Below, in pieces: positions 1 to 15,900 of a stretch of 64,000 nucleotides of DNA (positions are counted from its first letter, which is position 1; each line of letters opens with the position of its first letter). A model generated the notes under the pieces. It had not been told where the DNA came from. It searched no databases and saw only the letters and a program-made list of their open reading frames with translations. Origin of the DNA: Bugula neritina (lineage: Eukaryota > Animalia > Bryozoa); NCBI GenBank assembly GCA_964035545.1, contig CAXIUT010000183.1, positions 1,674,001 through 1,738,000 on the forward strand, written 5' to 3'. Position numbers and translations under genes: made by a program.

Positions 1-1459
1 TACTGAAATATACTGCGACACCTAGCAATATACTGTAACATACTGAAATATGCTCTAGCATACTGAAATACAATGCAACATACTGAAATATACTGCAACA
101 TACTGAAATACACTGCAACATCCTACAACATGCTGAAATACACTGTAACATATTGAAATACACTGCAACACTTTGAAATATACTGCAACATACCGAAATA
201 TATGGTAAAATACTGCAACATACTACAACATATTGAAATACACTGCAACACATTGAAATATACTGCAACATACCTAAATGTACGGTAATATACTGAAATA
301 TACTGTAACACATTGAAAAATACTGTAACATACTGAAATACACTGTAACATACTGAAATATACTGCAACATACTGAAATACACTGCTACATACTGAAATA
401 TACTGCAACATACTGCAACATACTGAAATACACTGTAATATACTGAAATAAACTGCAACATAGTACAACATATTGAAATACACTGCAACACATTGAAATA
501 CACTGCAACTTACCGAATATATGGTAAACTACTGAAATATACTGTAACGCATTGAAAAATACTGCAACATACTGAAATATATTGCGACACATTGCAATAT
601 ACTGTAACATACTGAAAAATGCTGTAGCAAACTGAAATATACTGCAATTCACTGAAATATACTGCAACATACTGAAATACACCGCAACATCCTACAACAT
701 ACTGAAATACACTGTAACATATTGAAATACACTGCAACACATTGAAATATACTGCAACATAACGAAACATATGGTAAACTACTGAAATAAATTTTAACAC
801 ATTGAAAAATACTGCAACGTACTGAAATATATTTTAACCCATTGAAAAATACTGCAACATACTGAAATAAGTAACATACTGAAGTACACTGCAACATACT
901 ACCACATATTGAAATACACTGCAACACATTGAAATGTACTGCAACATACCGAAATATATGGTAAACTACTAAAATATACTGTAACACATTGAAAAATACT
1001 GCAACGTACTGAAATATACTGCGACACCTAGCAATATACTGTAACATACTGAAATATGCTCTAGCACACTGAAATACAATGCAACTTACTGATATATACT
1101 GCAACATACTGAAATACACTGCAACATCCTACAATATGCTAAAATACACTGTAACATATTGAAATACACTGCAACACTTTGAAATATACTGCAACATACC
1201 GAAATATATGGTAAACTACTGCAACATACTACAACATATTGAAATACACTGCAACACATTGAAATATACTGCAACATACCTAAATATACGGTAATATACT
1301 GAAATATACTGTAACACATTGAAAAATACTGCAACATACTGAAATATACTGTAACACACCGAAATATACAGCAACATACTGAAATACACTGTAACATACT
1401 GAAATATACTGCAACATACTGAAACACACTGCTACATACTGAAATATACTGCAACATAC

Positions 1460-4400
1460 TGCAACATACTGCAACATACTGAAATACACTGTAACATACT
1501 GAAATAAACTGCAACATACTACAACATATTGAAATACACTGCAACACATTGAAATATACTGCAACATACCTAAATATACGGTAATATACTGAAATTCACT
1601 GTAACGCATTGCAAAATACTGCAACATACTGAAATTCACTGCGACACACTGAAATACGCTGCAAAATACTACAACATACTGAAATAAACTGTAACATATT
1701 GAAATACACTGCAACACATTGAAAAATACTGCAACATACTGAAATATACTGTAACACACTGAAATATACTGCAACATACTGAAATACACTGTAACATACT
1801 GAAATATACTGCAACATACTGAAATACACTGCTACATACTGAAATATACTGCAACATACTGCAATACACTGTAACATACTGAAATATACTGCAACATACT
1901 GAAATACACTGCTACATACTGAAATATACTGCAACATACTGCAACATACTGCAACATACTGAAGTACGCTGTAACATACTGAAATACACTGTAACATACT
2001 ACAACATATTGAAATACACAGCAACACATTGAAATGTACTGCAACATACCGAAATATACGGTAATATACTGAAATATACAGTAACACATTGAAAAATACT
2101 GCAACATACTGAAATACACTGCAACACACTGAAACACACCGCAAAAAACTACAACATACTGAAATACACTGTAACATATTGAAGTACACTGCAACACATT
2201 TAAATATACTGCAACATACCAAAATATATGGTAAACAACTGAAATATACTTTAACACATTGAAAAATACTGCAACATACTGAAATATACTGCGACACATT
2301 GCAATATACTGTAACATAACGAAATATGCTCTAGCACACTGAAATACACTGCAACTCACTGAAATATACTGCAACATACTGAAATACACTGTGACATACT
2401 GAAATATACTGCAACATACTGAAATACACTGCTACATACCGAAATATACTGCAACATACTGCAACATACTGAAATACACTGCAGCATACTACAACATACT
2501 GGAATACACTGCAACACATTGAAATATACTGCAACATACCTAAATATACGGTAATATACCGAAATATACTGTAACGCATTGCAAAATACTGCAACAAACT
2601 GAAATACACTGCGACACACCGAAATACGCTGCAAAATACTACAACACACTGAAATAAACTGTAACATATTGAAATACACTGCAACACATTGAAAAATACT
2701 GCAACATACTGAAATATACTGTAACACACTGAAATATACTGCAACATACTGAAATACACTGTAACATACTGAAATATACTGCAACATACTGAAATACACT
2801 GCTACATACTGAAATATACTGCAACATACTGCAACATACTGCAATACACTGTAACATACTGAAATACACTGCAACATACTACAACATGTTGAAATACACT
2901 GCAAAACATTGAAATACACTGCAACTTACCGAATATATGGTAAACTACTGAAATATACTGTAACGCATTGAAAAGTACTGCAACATACTGAAATATATTG
3001 CGACACATTGCAATAAACTGTAACATACTGAAAAATGCTGTAGCACACTGAAATACACTGCCATTCACTGAAATATACTGCAACATACTGAAATACACCG
3101 CAACATCCTACAACATACTGAAATACACTGTAACATATTGAAATACACTGCAACACATTGAAATATACTGCAACATAACGAAATATATGGTAAACTACTG
3201 AAATATATTTTAACACATTGAAAAATACTGCAACATACTGAAATATATTTCAACACATTGAAAAATACTGCAACATACTGAAATATACCGTAACACACTG
3301 AAGTACACTGCAACTCACTGAAATATACTGCAATATACTGAAATACACTGCAACATCCTACAAAATGCTGAAATACACTGTAACATATTGAAATACACTG
3401 CAACACATTGAAATATACTGCAACATACCGAAATATATGGTAAACTACTGAAATATACTGTGACACATTGAAAAAAACTGCAACATACTGAAATATACTG
3501 CGACACCTAGCAATATACTGTAACATACTGAAATATGCTCTAGCACACTGAAATACAATGCAACTCACTGAAATATACTGCAACATACTGAAATACACAG
3601 CAACATCCTACAACATGCTGAAATACACTGTAACATATTGAAATACACTGCAAAATACTACAACATACTGAAATATACTGCAACATACTGAAATACACTG
3701 CTACATACTGAAATATACTGCAACATACTGCAACATACTGCAATACACTGTAACATACTGAAATACACTGCAACATACTACAACATATTGAACTACACTG
3801 CAACACATTGAAACACACTGCAACTTACCGAATTTATGGTAAACTACTGAAATATACTGTAACGCATTGAAAAGTACTGCAACATACTGAAATATATTGC
3901 GACACATTGCAATAAACTGTAACATACTGAAAAATGCTGTAGCACACTGAAATACACTGCCATTCACTGAAATATACTGCAACATACTGAAATACACCGC
4001 AACATCCTACAACATACTGAAATACACTGTAACATAACGAAACATCCGGTAAACTACTGAAATATATTTTAACACATTGAAAAATACTGCAACATACTGA
4101 AATATATTTTAACACATTGAAAAATACTGCAACATACTGAAATATACTGTAACACACTGAAGTACACTGCAACTCACTGAAATATACTGCAATATACTGA
4201 AATACACTGCAACATCCTACAAAATGCTGAAATACACTGTAACATATTGAAATACACTGCAACACATTGAAATATACTGCAACATACCGAAATATATGGT
4301 AAACTACTGAAATATACTGTAACACATTGAAAAAAACTGCAACATACTGAAATATACTGTAACACACTGAAGTATACTGCAACATACTGAAATACACTGT

Positions 4401-7400
4401 AACATACTGAAATACTCTGCAACATACTACCACATATTGAAATACACTGCAACACATTGAAATGTACTGCAACATACCGAAATATATGGTAAACTACTAA
4501 AATATACTGTAACACATTGAAAAATACTGCAACATACTGAAATATACTGCGACACCTAGCAATATACTGTAACATACTGAAATATGCTCTAGCACACTGA
4601 AATACAATGCAACTTACTGAAATATACTGCAACATACTGAAATACACTGCAACATCCTACAATATGCTGAAATACACTGTAACATATTGAAATACACTGC
4701 AACACTTTGAAATATACTGCAACATACCGAAATATATCGTAAACTACTGCAACATACTACAACATATTGAAATACACTGCAACACATTGAAATATACTGC
4801 AACATACCTAAATATACGGTAATATACTGAAATATACTGTAACACATTGAAAAATACTGCAACATACTGAAATATACTGTAACACACCGAAATATACAGC
4901 AACATACTGAAATACACTGTAACATACTGAAATATACTGCAACATACTGAAACACACTGCTACATACTGAAATATACTGCAACATACTGCAACATACTGA
5001 AAGACACTGTAACATACTGAAATAAACTGCAACATACTACAACATATTGAAATACACTGCAACACATTGAAATATACTGCAACATACCTAAATATACGGT
5101 AATATACTGAATTTCACTGTAACGCATTGCAAAATACTGCAACATACTGAAATTCACTGCGACACACTGAAATACGCTGCAAAATACTACAACATACTGA
5201 AATAAACTGTAACATATTGAAATACACTGCAACACATTGAAAAATACTGCAACATACTGAAATATACTGTAACACACTGAAATATACTGCAACATACTGA
5301 AATACACTGTAACATACTGAAATATACTGCAACATACTGAAATACACTGCTACATACTGAAATATACTGCAACATACTGCAATACACTGTAACATACTGA
5401 AATATACTGCAACATACTGAAATACACTGCTACATACTGAAATATACTGCAACATACTGCAACATACTGCAACATACTGAAATACGCTGTAACATACTGA
5501 AATACACTGTAACATACTACAACATATTGAAATACACAGCAACACATTGAAATGTACTGCAACATACCGAAATATACGGTAATATACTGAAATATACAGT
5601 AACACATTGAAAAATACTGCAACATACTGAAATACACTGCAACACACTGAAACACACCGCAAAAAACTACAACATACTGAAATACACTGTAACATATTGA
5701 AGTACACTGCAACACATTTAAATATACTGCAACATACCAAAATATATGGTAAACAACTGAAATATACTTTAACACATTGAAAAATACTGCAACATACTGA
5801 AATATACTGCGACACATTGCAATATACCGTAACATAACGAAATATGCTCTAGCACACTGAAATACACTGCAACTCACTGAAATATACTGCAACATACTGA
5901 AATACACTGTGACATACTGAAATATACTGCAACATACTGAAATACACTGCTACATACCGAAATATACTGCAACATACTGCAACATACTGAAATACACTGC
6001 AGCATACTACAACATACTGGAATACACTGCAACACATTGAAATATACTGCAACATACCTAAATATACGGTAATATACCGAAATATACTGTAACGCATTGC
6101 AAAATACTGCAACAAACTGAAATACACTGCGACACACTGAAATACGCTGCAAAATACTACAACACACTGAAATAAACTGTAACATATTGAAATACACTGC
6201 AACACATTGAAAAATACTGCAACATACTGAAATATACTGTAACACACTGAAATATACTGCAACATACTGAAATACACTGTAACATACTGAAATATACTGC
6301 AACATACTGAAATACACTGCTACATACTGAAATATACTGCAACATACTGCAACATACTGCAATACACTGTAACATACTGAAATACACTGCAACATACTAC
6401 AACATGTTGAAATACACTGCAAAACATTGAAATACACTGCAACTTACCGAATATATGGTAAACTACTGAAATATACTGTAACGCATTGAAAAGTACTGCA
6501 ACATACTGAAATATATTGCGACACATTGCAATAAACTGTAACATACTGAAAAATGCTGTAGCACACTGAAATACACTGCCATTCACTGAAATATACTGCA
6601 ACATACTGAAATACACCGCAACATCCTACAACATACTGAAATACACTGTAACATATTGAAATACACTGCAACACATTGAAATATACTGCAACATAACGAA
6701 ATATATGGTAAACTACTGAAATATATTTTAACACATTGAAAAATACTGCAACATACTGAAATATATTTCAACACATTGAAAAATACTGCAACATACTGAA
6801 ATATACCGTAACACACTGAAGTACACTGCAACTCACTGAAATATACTGCAATATACTGAAATACACTGCAACATCCTACAAAATGCTGAAATACACTGTA
6901 ACATATTGAAATACACTGCAACACATTGAAATATACTGCAACATACCGAAATATATGGTAAACTACTGAAATATACTGTGACACATTGAAAAAAACTGCA
7001 ACATACTGAAATATACTGCGACACCTAGCAATATACTGTAACATACTGAAATATGCTCTAGCACACTGAAATACAATGCAACTCACTGAAATATACTGCA
7101 ACATACTGAAATACACAGCAACATCCTACAACATGCTGAAATACACTGTAACATATTGAAATACACTGCAAAATACTACAACATACTGAAATATACTGCA
7201 ACATACTGAAATACACTGCTACATACTGAAATATACTGCAACATACTGCAACATACTGCAATACACTGTAACATACTGAAATACACTGCAACATACTACA
7301 ACATATTGAACTACACTGCAACACATTGAAACACACTGCAACTTACCGAATTTATGGTAAACTACTGAAATATACTGTAACGCATTGAAAAGTACTGCAA

Positions 7401-8848
7401 CATACTGAAATATATTGCGACACATTGCAATAAACTGTAACATACTGAAAAATGCTGTAGCACACTGAAATACACTGCCATTCACTGAAATATACTGCAA
7501 CATACTGAAATACACCGCAACATCCTACAACATACTGAAATACACTGTAACATAACGAAACATATGGTAAACTACTGAAATATATTTTAACACATTGAAA
7601 AATACTGCAACATACTGAAATATATTTTAACACATTGAAAAATACTGCAACATACTGAAATATACTGTAACACACTGAAGTACACTGCAACTCACTGAAA
7701 TATACTGCAATATACTGAAATACACTGCAACATCCTACAAAATGCTGGAATACACTGTAACATATTGAAATACACTGCAACACATTGAAATATACTGCAA
7801 CATACCGAAATATATGGTAAACTACTGAAATATACTGTAACACATTGAAAAAAACTGCAACATACTGAAATATACTGTAACACACTGAAGTATACTGCAA
7901 CATACTGAAATACACTGTAACATACTGAAATACTCTGCAACATACTACCACATATTGAAATACACTGCAACACATTGAAATGTACTGCAACATACCGAAA
8001 TATATGGTAAACTACTAAAATATACTGTAACACATTGAAAAATACTGCAACATACTGAAATATACTGCGACACCTAGCAATATACTGTAACATACTGAAA
8101 TATGCTCTAGCACACTGAAATACAATGCAACTTACTGAAATATACTGCAACATACTGAAATACACTGCAACATCCTACAATATGCTGAAATACACTGTAA
8201 CATATTGAAATACACTGCAACACTTTGAAATATACTTCAACATACCGAAATATATCGTAAACTACTGCAACATACTACAACATATTGAAATACACTGCAA
8301 CACATTGAAATATACTGCAACATACCTAAATATACGGTAATATACTGAAATATACTGTAACACATTGAAAAATACTGCAACATACTGAAATATACTGTAA
8401 CACACCGAAATATACAGCAACATACTGAAATACACTGTAACATACTGAAGTATACTGCAACATACTGAAACACACTGCTACATACTGAAATATACTGCAA
8501 CATACTGCAACATACTGAAATACACTGTAACATACTGAAATAAACTGCAACATACTACAACATATTGAAATACACTGCAACACATTGAAATATACTGCAA
8601 CATACCTAAATATACGGTAATATACTGAAATTCACTGTAACGCATTGCAAAATACTGCAACATACTGAAATTCACTGCGACACACTGAAATACGCTGCAA
8701 AATACTACAACATACTGAAATAAACTGTAACATATTGAAATACACTGCAACACATTGAAAAATACTGCAACATACTGAAATATACTGTAACACACTGAAA
8801 TATACTGCAACATACTGAAATACACTGTAACATACTGAAATATACTGC
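1460..8848. repeat. Higher-order tandem repeat, period 3518 bp, about 2.1 near-identical copies
   Basis: Matching ORF and variant patterns recur at a constant offset of 3518 (1596/5114, 2356/5874, 3065/6583, 3834/7352, 4808/8326). Alignment breaks at about 8849. Confidence 0.9.
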
Positions 8849-11800
8849 GACACCTAGCAATATACTGTAACATACTGAAATATGCTCTAGCACACTGAAA
8901 TACAATGCAACTCACTGAAATATACTGCAACATACTGAAATACACTGCAACATCCTACAACATGCTGAAATACACTGTAACATATTGAAATACACTGCAA
9001 CACTTTGAAATATACTGCAACATACCGAAATATATGGTAAACTACTGCAACACACTACAACATATTGAAATACACTGCAACACATTGAAATATACTGCAA
9101 CATACCTAAATATACGGTAATATACTGAAATATACTGTAACACATCGAAATATACTGCAACATACTGAAATACACTGTAACATACTGAAATATACTGCAA
9201 CATACTGAAATACACTGCTACATACTGAAATATACTGCAACATACTGCAACATACTGAAATACACTGTAACATACTGAAATAAACTGCAACATACTACAA
9301 CATATTGAAATACACTGCAACACATTGAAATATACTGCAACATACCTAAATATACGGTAATATACTGAAATATACTGTATCACATTGAAAAAACTGCAAC
9401 ATACTGAAATACACTGCAACACACTGAAATACATCGCAAAATACTACAACATACTGAAATACACTGTAACATATTGAAATCCAGTGCAACACATTTAAAT
9501 ATACTGCAACATACCGAAATATATGGTAAACTAATGAAATATACTGTAACACAATGAAAAATACCGCAACATACTGAAATATACTGCGACACATTGCAAT
9601 ATACTGTAACATACTGAAATATGCTGTAGCACACTGAAATACACTGCAACACCCTACAACATACTGAAATACACTGTAACATATTGAAATACACCGCAAG
9701 AAATTGAAATAGACTGCAACACAACAAAATATATGGTAAACTACTGAAATAGACTTTAACACTTTGAAAAATACTGCAACATACAGAATTATACTGTAAC
9801 ACACTGAAATATACTGCAACATACTGAAATACACTGTAACATACTGAAATATACTGCAACATACTGAAATATACTGCAACATACTGCAACATACTGCAAC
9901 ATACTGAAATACGCTGTAACATACTGAAATACACTGCAACATACTACAACATATTGAAATACACTGCAACACATTGAAATGTACTGCAACATACCGAAAT
10001 ATACGGTAATATACTGAAATATACAGTAACACATTGAAAAATACTGCAACATACTGAAATACACTGTAACATTTTGAAGTACACTGCAACACATTTAAAT
10101 ATACTGCAACATACCAAAATATATGGTAAACAACTGAAATATACTTTAACACATTGAAAAATACTGCAACATACTGAAATATATTGCGACACATTGCAAT
10201 ATACTGTAACATAACGAAATATGCTCTAGCACACTGAAATACACTGCAACTCACTGAAATATACTGCAACATACTGAAATACACTGTGACATACTGAAAT
10301 ATACTGCAACATATTGAAATACACTGCTACATACCGAAATATACTGCAACATACTGCAAAATACTGAAATACACTGCAGCATACTACAACATACTGAAAT
10401 ACACTGCAACACATTGAAATATACTGCAACATACCTAAATATACGGTAATATACCGAAATATACTGTAACGCATTGCAAAATACTGCAACAAACTGAAAT
10501 ACACTGCGACACACTGAAATACGCTGCAAAATACTACAACACACTGAAATAAACTGTAACATATTGAAATACACTGCAACACATTGAAAAATACTGCAAC
10601 ATACTGAAATATACTGTAACACACTGAAATATACTGCAACATACTGAAATACACTGTAACATACTGAAATATACTGCAACATACTGAAATACACTGCTAC
10701 ATACTGAAATATACTGCAACATACTGCAACATACTGCAATACACTGTAACATACTGAAATACACTGCAACATCCTACAAAATGCTGAAATACACTGTAAC
10801 ATATTGAAATACACTGCAACACTTTGAAATATACTGCAACATACCGAAATATATGGTAAAATACTGCAACATACTACAACATATTGAAATACACTGCAAC
10901 ACTTTGAAATATACTGCAACATACCGAAATATATGGTAAAATACTGCAACATACTACAACATATTGAAATACACTGCAACACATTGAAATATACTGCAAC
11001 ATACCTAAATGTACGGTAATATACTGAAATATACTGTAACACATTGAAAAATACTGCAACATACTGAAATACACTGTAACATACTGAAATATACTGCAAC
11101 ATACTGAAATACACTGCTACATACTGAAATATACTGCAACATACTGCAACATACTGAAATACACTGTAATATACTGAAATAAACTGCAACATAGTACAAC
11201 ATATTGAAATACATTGCAACACATTGAAATATACTGCAACATACCTAAATATACGGTAATATACTGAAATAAACTGTAACACGTGGAAAAAACTGCAACA
11301 TACTGAAATACACTGCAACACACTGAAATACACCGCAAAATACTACAACATACTGAAATACACTGTAACATATTGAAATACACTGCAACACATTGAAATA
11401 TACTGCAGCATACCGAAATATATGGTAAACTAATGAAATATACTGTAACACATTGAAAAATACCGCAACATACTGAAATATACTGCGACACATTGCAATA
11501 TACTGTAACATACTGAAATATGCTGTAGCACACTGAAATACACTGCAACATCCTACAACATACTGAAATACATTGTAACATATTGAAATACACTGCAACA
11601 CATTGAAATATACTGCAACATACCGAAATATATGGTAAACTACTGAAATATACTGTAACACATTGAAAAATACTGCAACATACTGAAATATACTGCGACA
11701 CCTAGCAAGATACTGTAACATACTGAAATATGCTCTAGCATACTGAAATACAATGCAACATACTGAAATATACCGCAACATACTGAAATACACTGCAACA

Positions 11801-12957
11801 TCCTACAACATGCTGAAATACACTGTAACATATTGAAATACACTGCAACACTTTGAAATATACTGCAACATACCGAAATATATGGTAAAATACTGCAACA
11901 TACTACAACATATTGAAATACACTGCAACACATTGAAATATACTGTAACATACTGAAATACACTGTAACATACTGAAATATACTGCAACATACTGAAATA
12001 CACTGCTACATACTGAAATATACTACAACATACTGCAACATACTGAAATACACTGTAATATACTGAAATAAACTGCAACATAGTACAACATATTGAAATA
12101 CACTGCAACACATTGAAATACACTGCAACTTACCGAATATATGGTAAACTACTGAAATATACTGTAACGCATTGAAAAATACTGCAACACACTGAAATAT
12201 ATTGCGACACATTGCAATATACTGTAACATACTGAAAAATGCTGTAGCAAACTGAAATATACTGCAATTCACTGAAATATACTGCAACATACTGAAATAC
12301 ACCGCAACATCCTACAACATACTGAAATACACTGTAACATATTGAAATACACTGCAACACATTGAAATATACTGCAACATAACGAAACATATGGTAAACT
12401 ACTGAAATAAATTTTAACACATTGAAAAATACTGCAACATACTGAAATATATTTTAACACATTGAAAAATACTGCAACATACTGAAGTATACTGTAACAT
12501 ACTGAAGTACACTGCAACATACTACCACATATTGAAATACACTGCAACACATTGAAATGTACTGCAACATACCGAAATATATGGTAAACTACTAAAATAT
12601 ACTGTAACACATTGAAAAATACTGCAACATACTGAAATATACTGCGACACCTAGCAATATACTGTAACATACTGAAATATGCTCTAGCACACTGAAATAC
12701 AATGCAACTTACTGAAATATACTGCAACATACTGAAATACACTGCAACATCCTACAATATGCTGAAATACACTGTAACATATTGAAATACACTGCAACAC
12801 TTTGAAATGTACTGCAACATACCGAAATATATCGTAAACTACTGCAACATACTACAACATATTGAAATACACTGCAACACATTGAAATATACTGCAACAT
12901 ACCTAAATATACGGTAATATACTGAAATATACTGTAACACATTGAAAAATACTGCAA

Positions 12958-15900
12958 CATACTGAAATATACTGTAACACACCGAAATATACAGCAACAT
13001 ACTGAAATACACTGTAACATACTGAAATATACTGCAACATACTGAAACACACTGCTACATACTGAAATATACTGCAACATACTGCAACATACTGAAATAC
13101 ACTGTAACATACTGAAATAAACTGCAACATACTACAACATATTGAAATACACTGCAACACATTGAAATATACTGCAACATACCTAAATATACAGTAATAT
13201 ACTGAAATTCACTGTAACGCATTGCAAAATACTGCAACATACTGAAATTCACTGCGACACACTGAAATACGCTGCAAAATACTACAACATACTGAAATAA
13301 ACTGTAACATATTGAAATACACTGCAACACATTGAAAAATACTGCAACATACTGAAATATACTGTAACACACTGAAATATACTGCAACATACTGAAATAC
13401 ACTGTAACATACTGAAATATACTGCGACACCTAGCAATATACTGTAACATACTGAAATATGCTCTAGCACACTGAAATACAATGCAACTCACTGAAATAT
13501 ACTGAAACATACTGAAATACACTGCAACATCCTACAACATGCTGAAATACACTGTAACATATTGAAATACACTGCAACACTTTGAAATATACTGCAACAT
13601 ACCGAAATATATGGTAAACTACTGCAACACACTACAACATATTGAAATACACTGCAACATACCTAAATATACGGTAATATACTGAAATATACTGTAACAC
13701 ATCGAAATATACTGCAACATACTGAAATACACTGTAACATACTGAAATATACTGCAACATACTGAAATACACTGCTACATACTGAAATATACTGCAACAT
13801 ACTGCAACATACTGAAATACACTGTAACATACTGAAATAAACTGCAACATACTACAACATATTGAAATACACTGCAACACATTGAAATATACTGCAACAT
13901 ACCTAAATATACGGTAATATACTGAAATATACTGTATCACATTGAAAAAACTGCAACATACTGAAATACACTGCAACACACTGAAATACATCGCAAAATA
14001 CTACAACATACTGAAATACACTGTAACATATTGAAATCCAGTGCAACACATTTAAATATACTGCAACATACCGAAATATATGGTAAACTAATGAAATATA
14101 CTGTAACACAATGAAAAATACCGCAACATACTGAAATATACTGCGACACATTGCAATATACTGTAACATACTGAAATATGCTGTAGCACACTGAAATACA
14201 CTGCAACACCCTACAACATACTGAAATACACTGTAACATATTGAAATACACCGCAAGAAATTGAAATAGACTGCAACACAACAAAATATATGGTAAACTA
14301 CTGAAATAGACTTTAACACTTTGAAAAATACTGCAACATACAGAAATATACTGTAACACACTGAAATATACTGCAACATACTGAAATACACTGTAACATA
14401 CTGAAATATACTGCAACATACTGAAATATACTGCAACATACTGCAACATACTGCAACATACTGAAATACGCTGTAACATACTGAAATACACTGCAACATA
14501 CTACAACATATTGAAATACACTGCAACACATTGAAATGTACTGCAACATACCGAAATATACGGTAATATACTGAAATATACAGTAACACATTGAAAAATA
14601 CTGCAACATACTGAAATACACTGTAACATATTGAAGTACACTGCAACACATTTAAATATACTGCAACATACCAAAATATATGGTAAACAACTGAAATATA
14701 CTTTAACACATTGAAAAATACTGCAACATGCTGAAATATATTGCGACACATTGCAATATACTGTAACATAACGAAATATGCTCTAGCACACTGAAATACA
14801 CTGCAACTCACTGAAATATACTGCAACATACTGAAATACACTGTGACATACTGAAATATACTGCAACATATTGAAATACACTGCTACATACCGAAATATA
14901 CTGCAACATACTGCAAAATACTGAAATACACTGCAGCATACTACAACATACTGAAATACACTGACAACATTGAAATATACTGCAACATACCTAAATATAC
15001 GGTAATATACCGAAATATACTGTAACGCATTGCAAAATACTGCAACAAACTGAAATACACTGCGACACACTGAAATACGCTGCAAAATACTACAACACAC
15101 TGAAATAAACTGTAACATATTGAAATACACTGCAACACATTGAAAAATACTGCAACATACTGAAATATACTGTAACACACTGAAATATACTGCAACATAC
15201 TGAAATACACTGTAACATACTGAAATATACTGCAACATACTGAAATACACTGCTACATACTGAAATATACTGCAACATACTGCAACATACTGCAATACAC
15301 TGTAACATACTGAAATACACTGCAACATACTACAACATACTGAAATACACTGCAACACATTGAAATATACTGCAACATACCTAAATATACGGTAATATAC
15401 AGAAATGTACTGTAACATACTGGAACATACTGTAACACACGGAAATATACTACAAAACACTGAAATACACTGCAACATACTGAAATACGCTGTAACATAC
15501 TGAAATACACTGCAACATCCTACAAAATGCTGAAATACACTGTAACATATTGAAATACACTGCAACACATTGAAATATACTGCAACATACCGAAATATAT
15601 GGTAAACTACTGAAATATACTGTAACACATTGAAAAATACTGCAACATACTGAAATATACTGCGACACCTAGCAATATACTGTAACATACTGAAATATGC
15701 TCTAGCATACTGAAATACAATGCAACATACTGAAATATACTGCAACATACTGAAATACACTGCAACATCCTACAACATGCTGAAATACACTGTAACATAT
15801 TGAAATACACTGCAACACTTTGAAATATACTGCAACATACCGAAATATATGGTAAAATACTGCAACATACTACAGCATATTGAAATACACTGCAACACAT

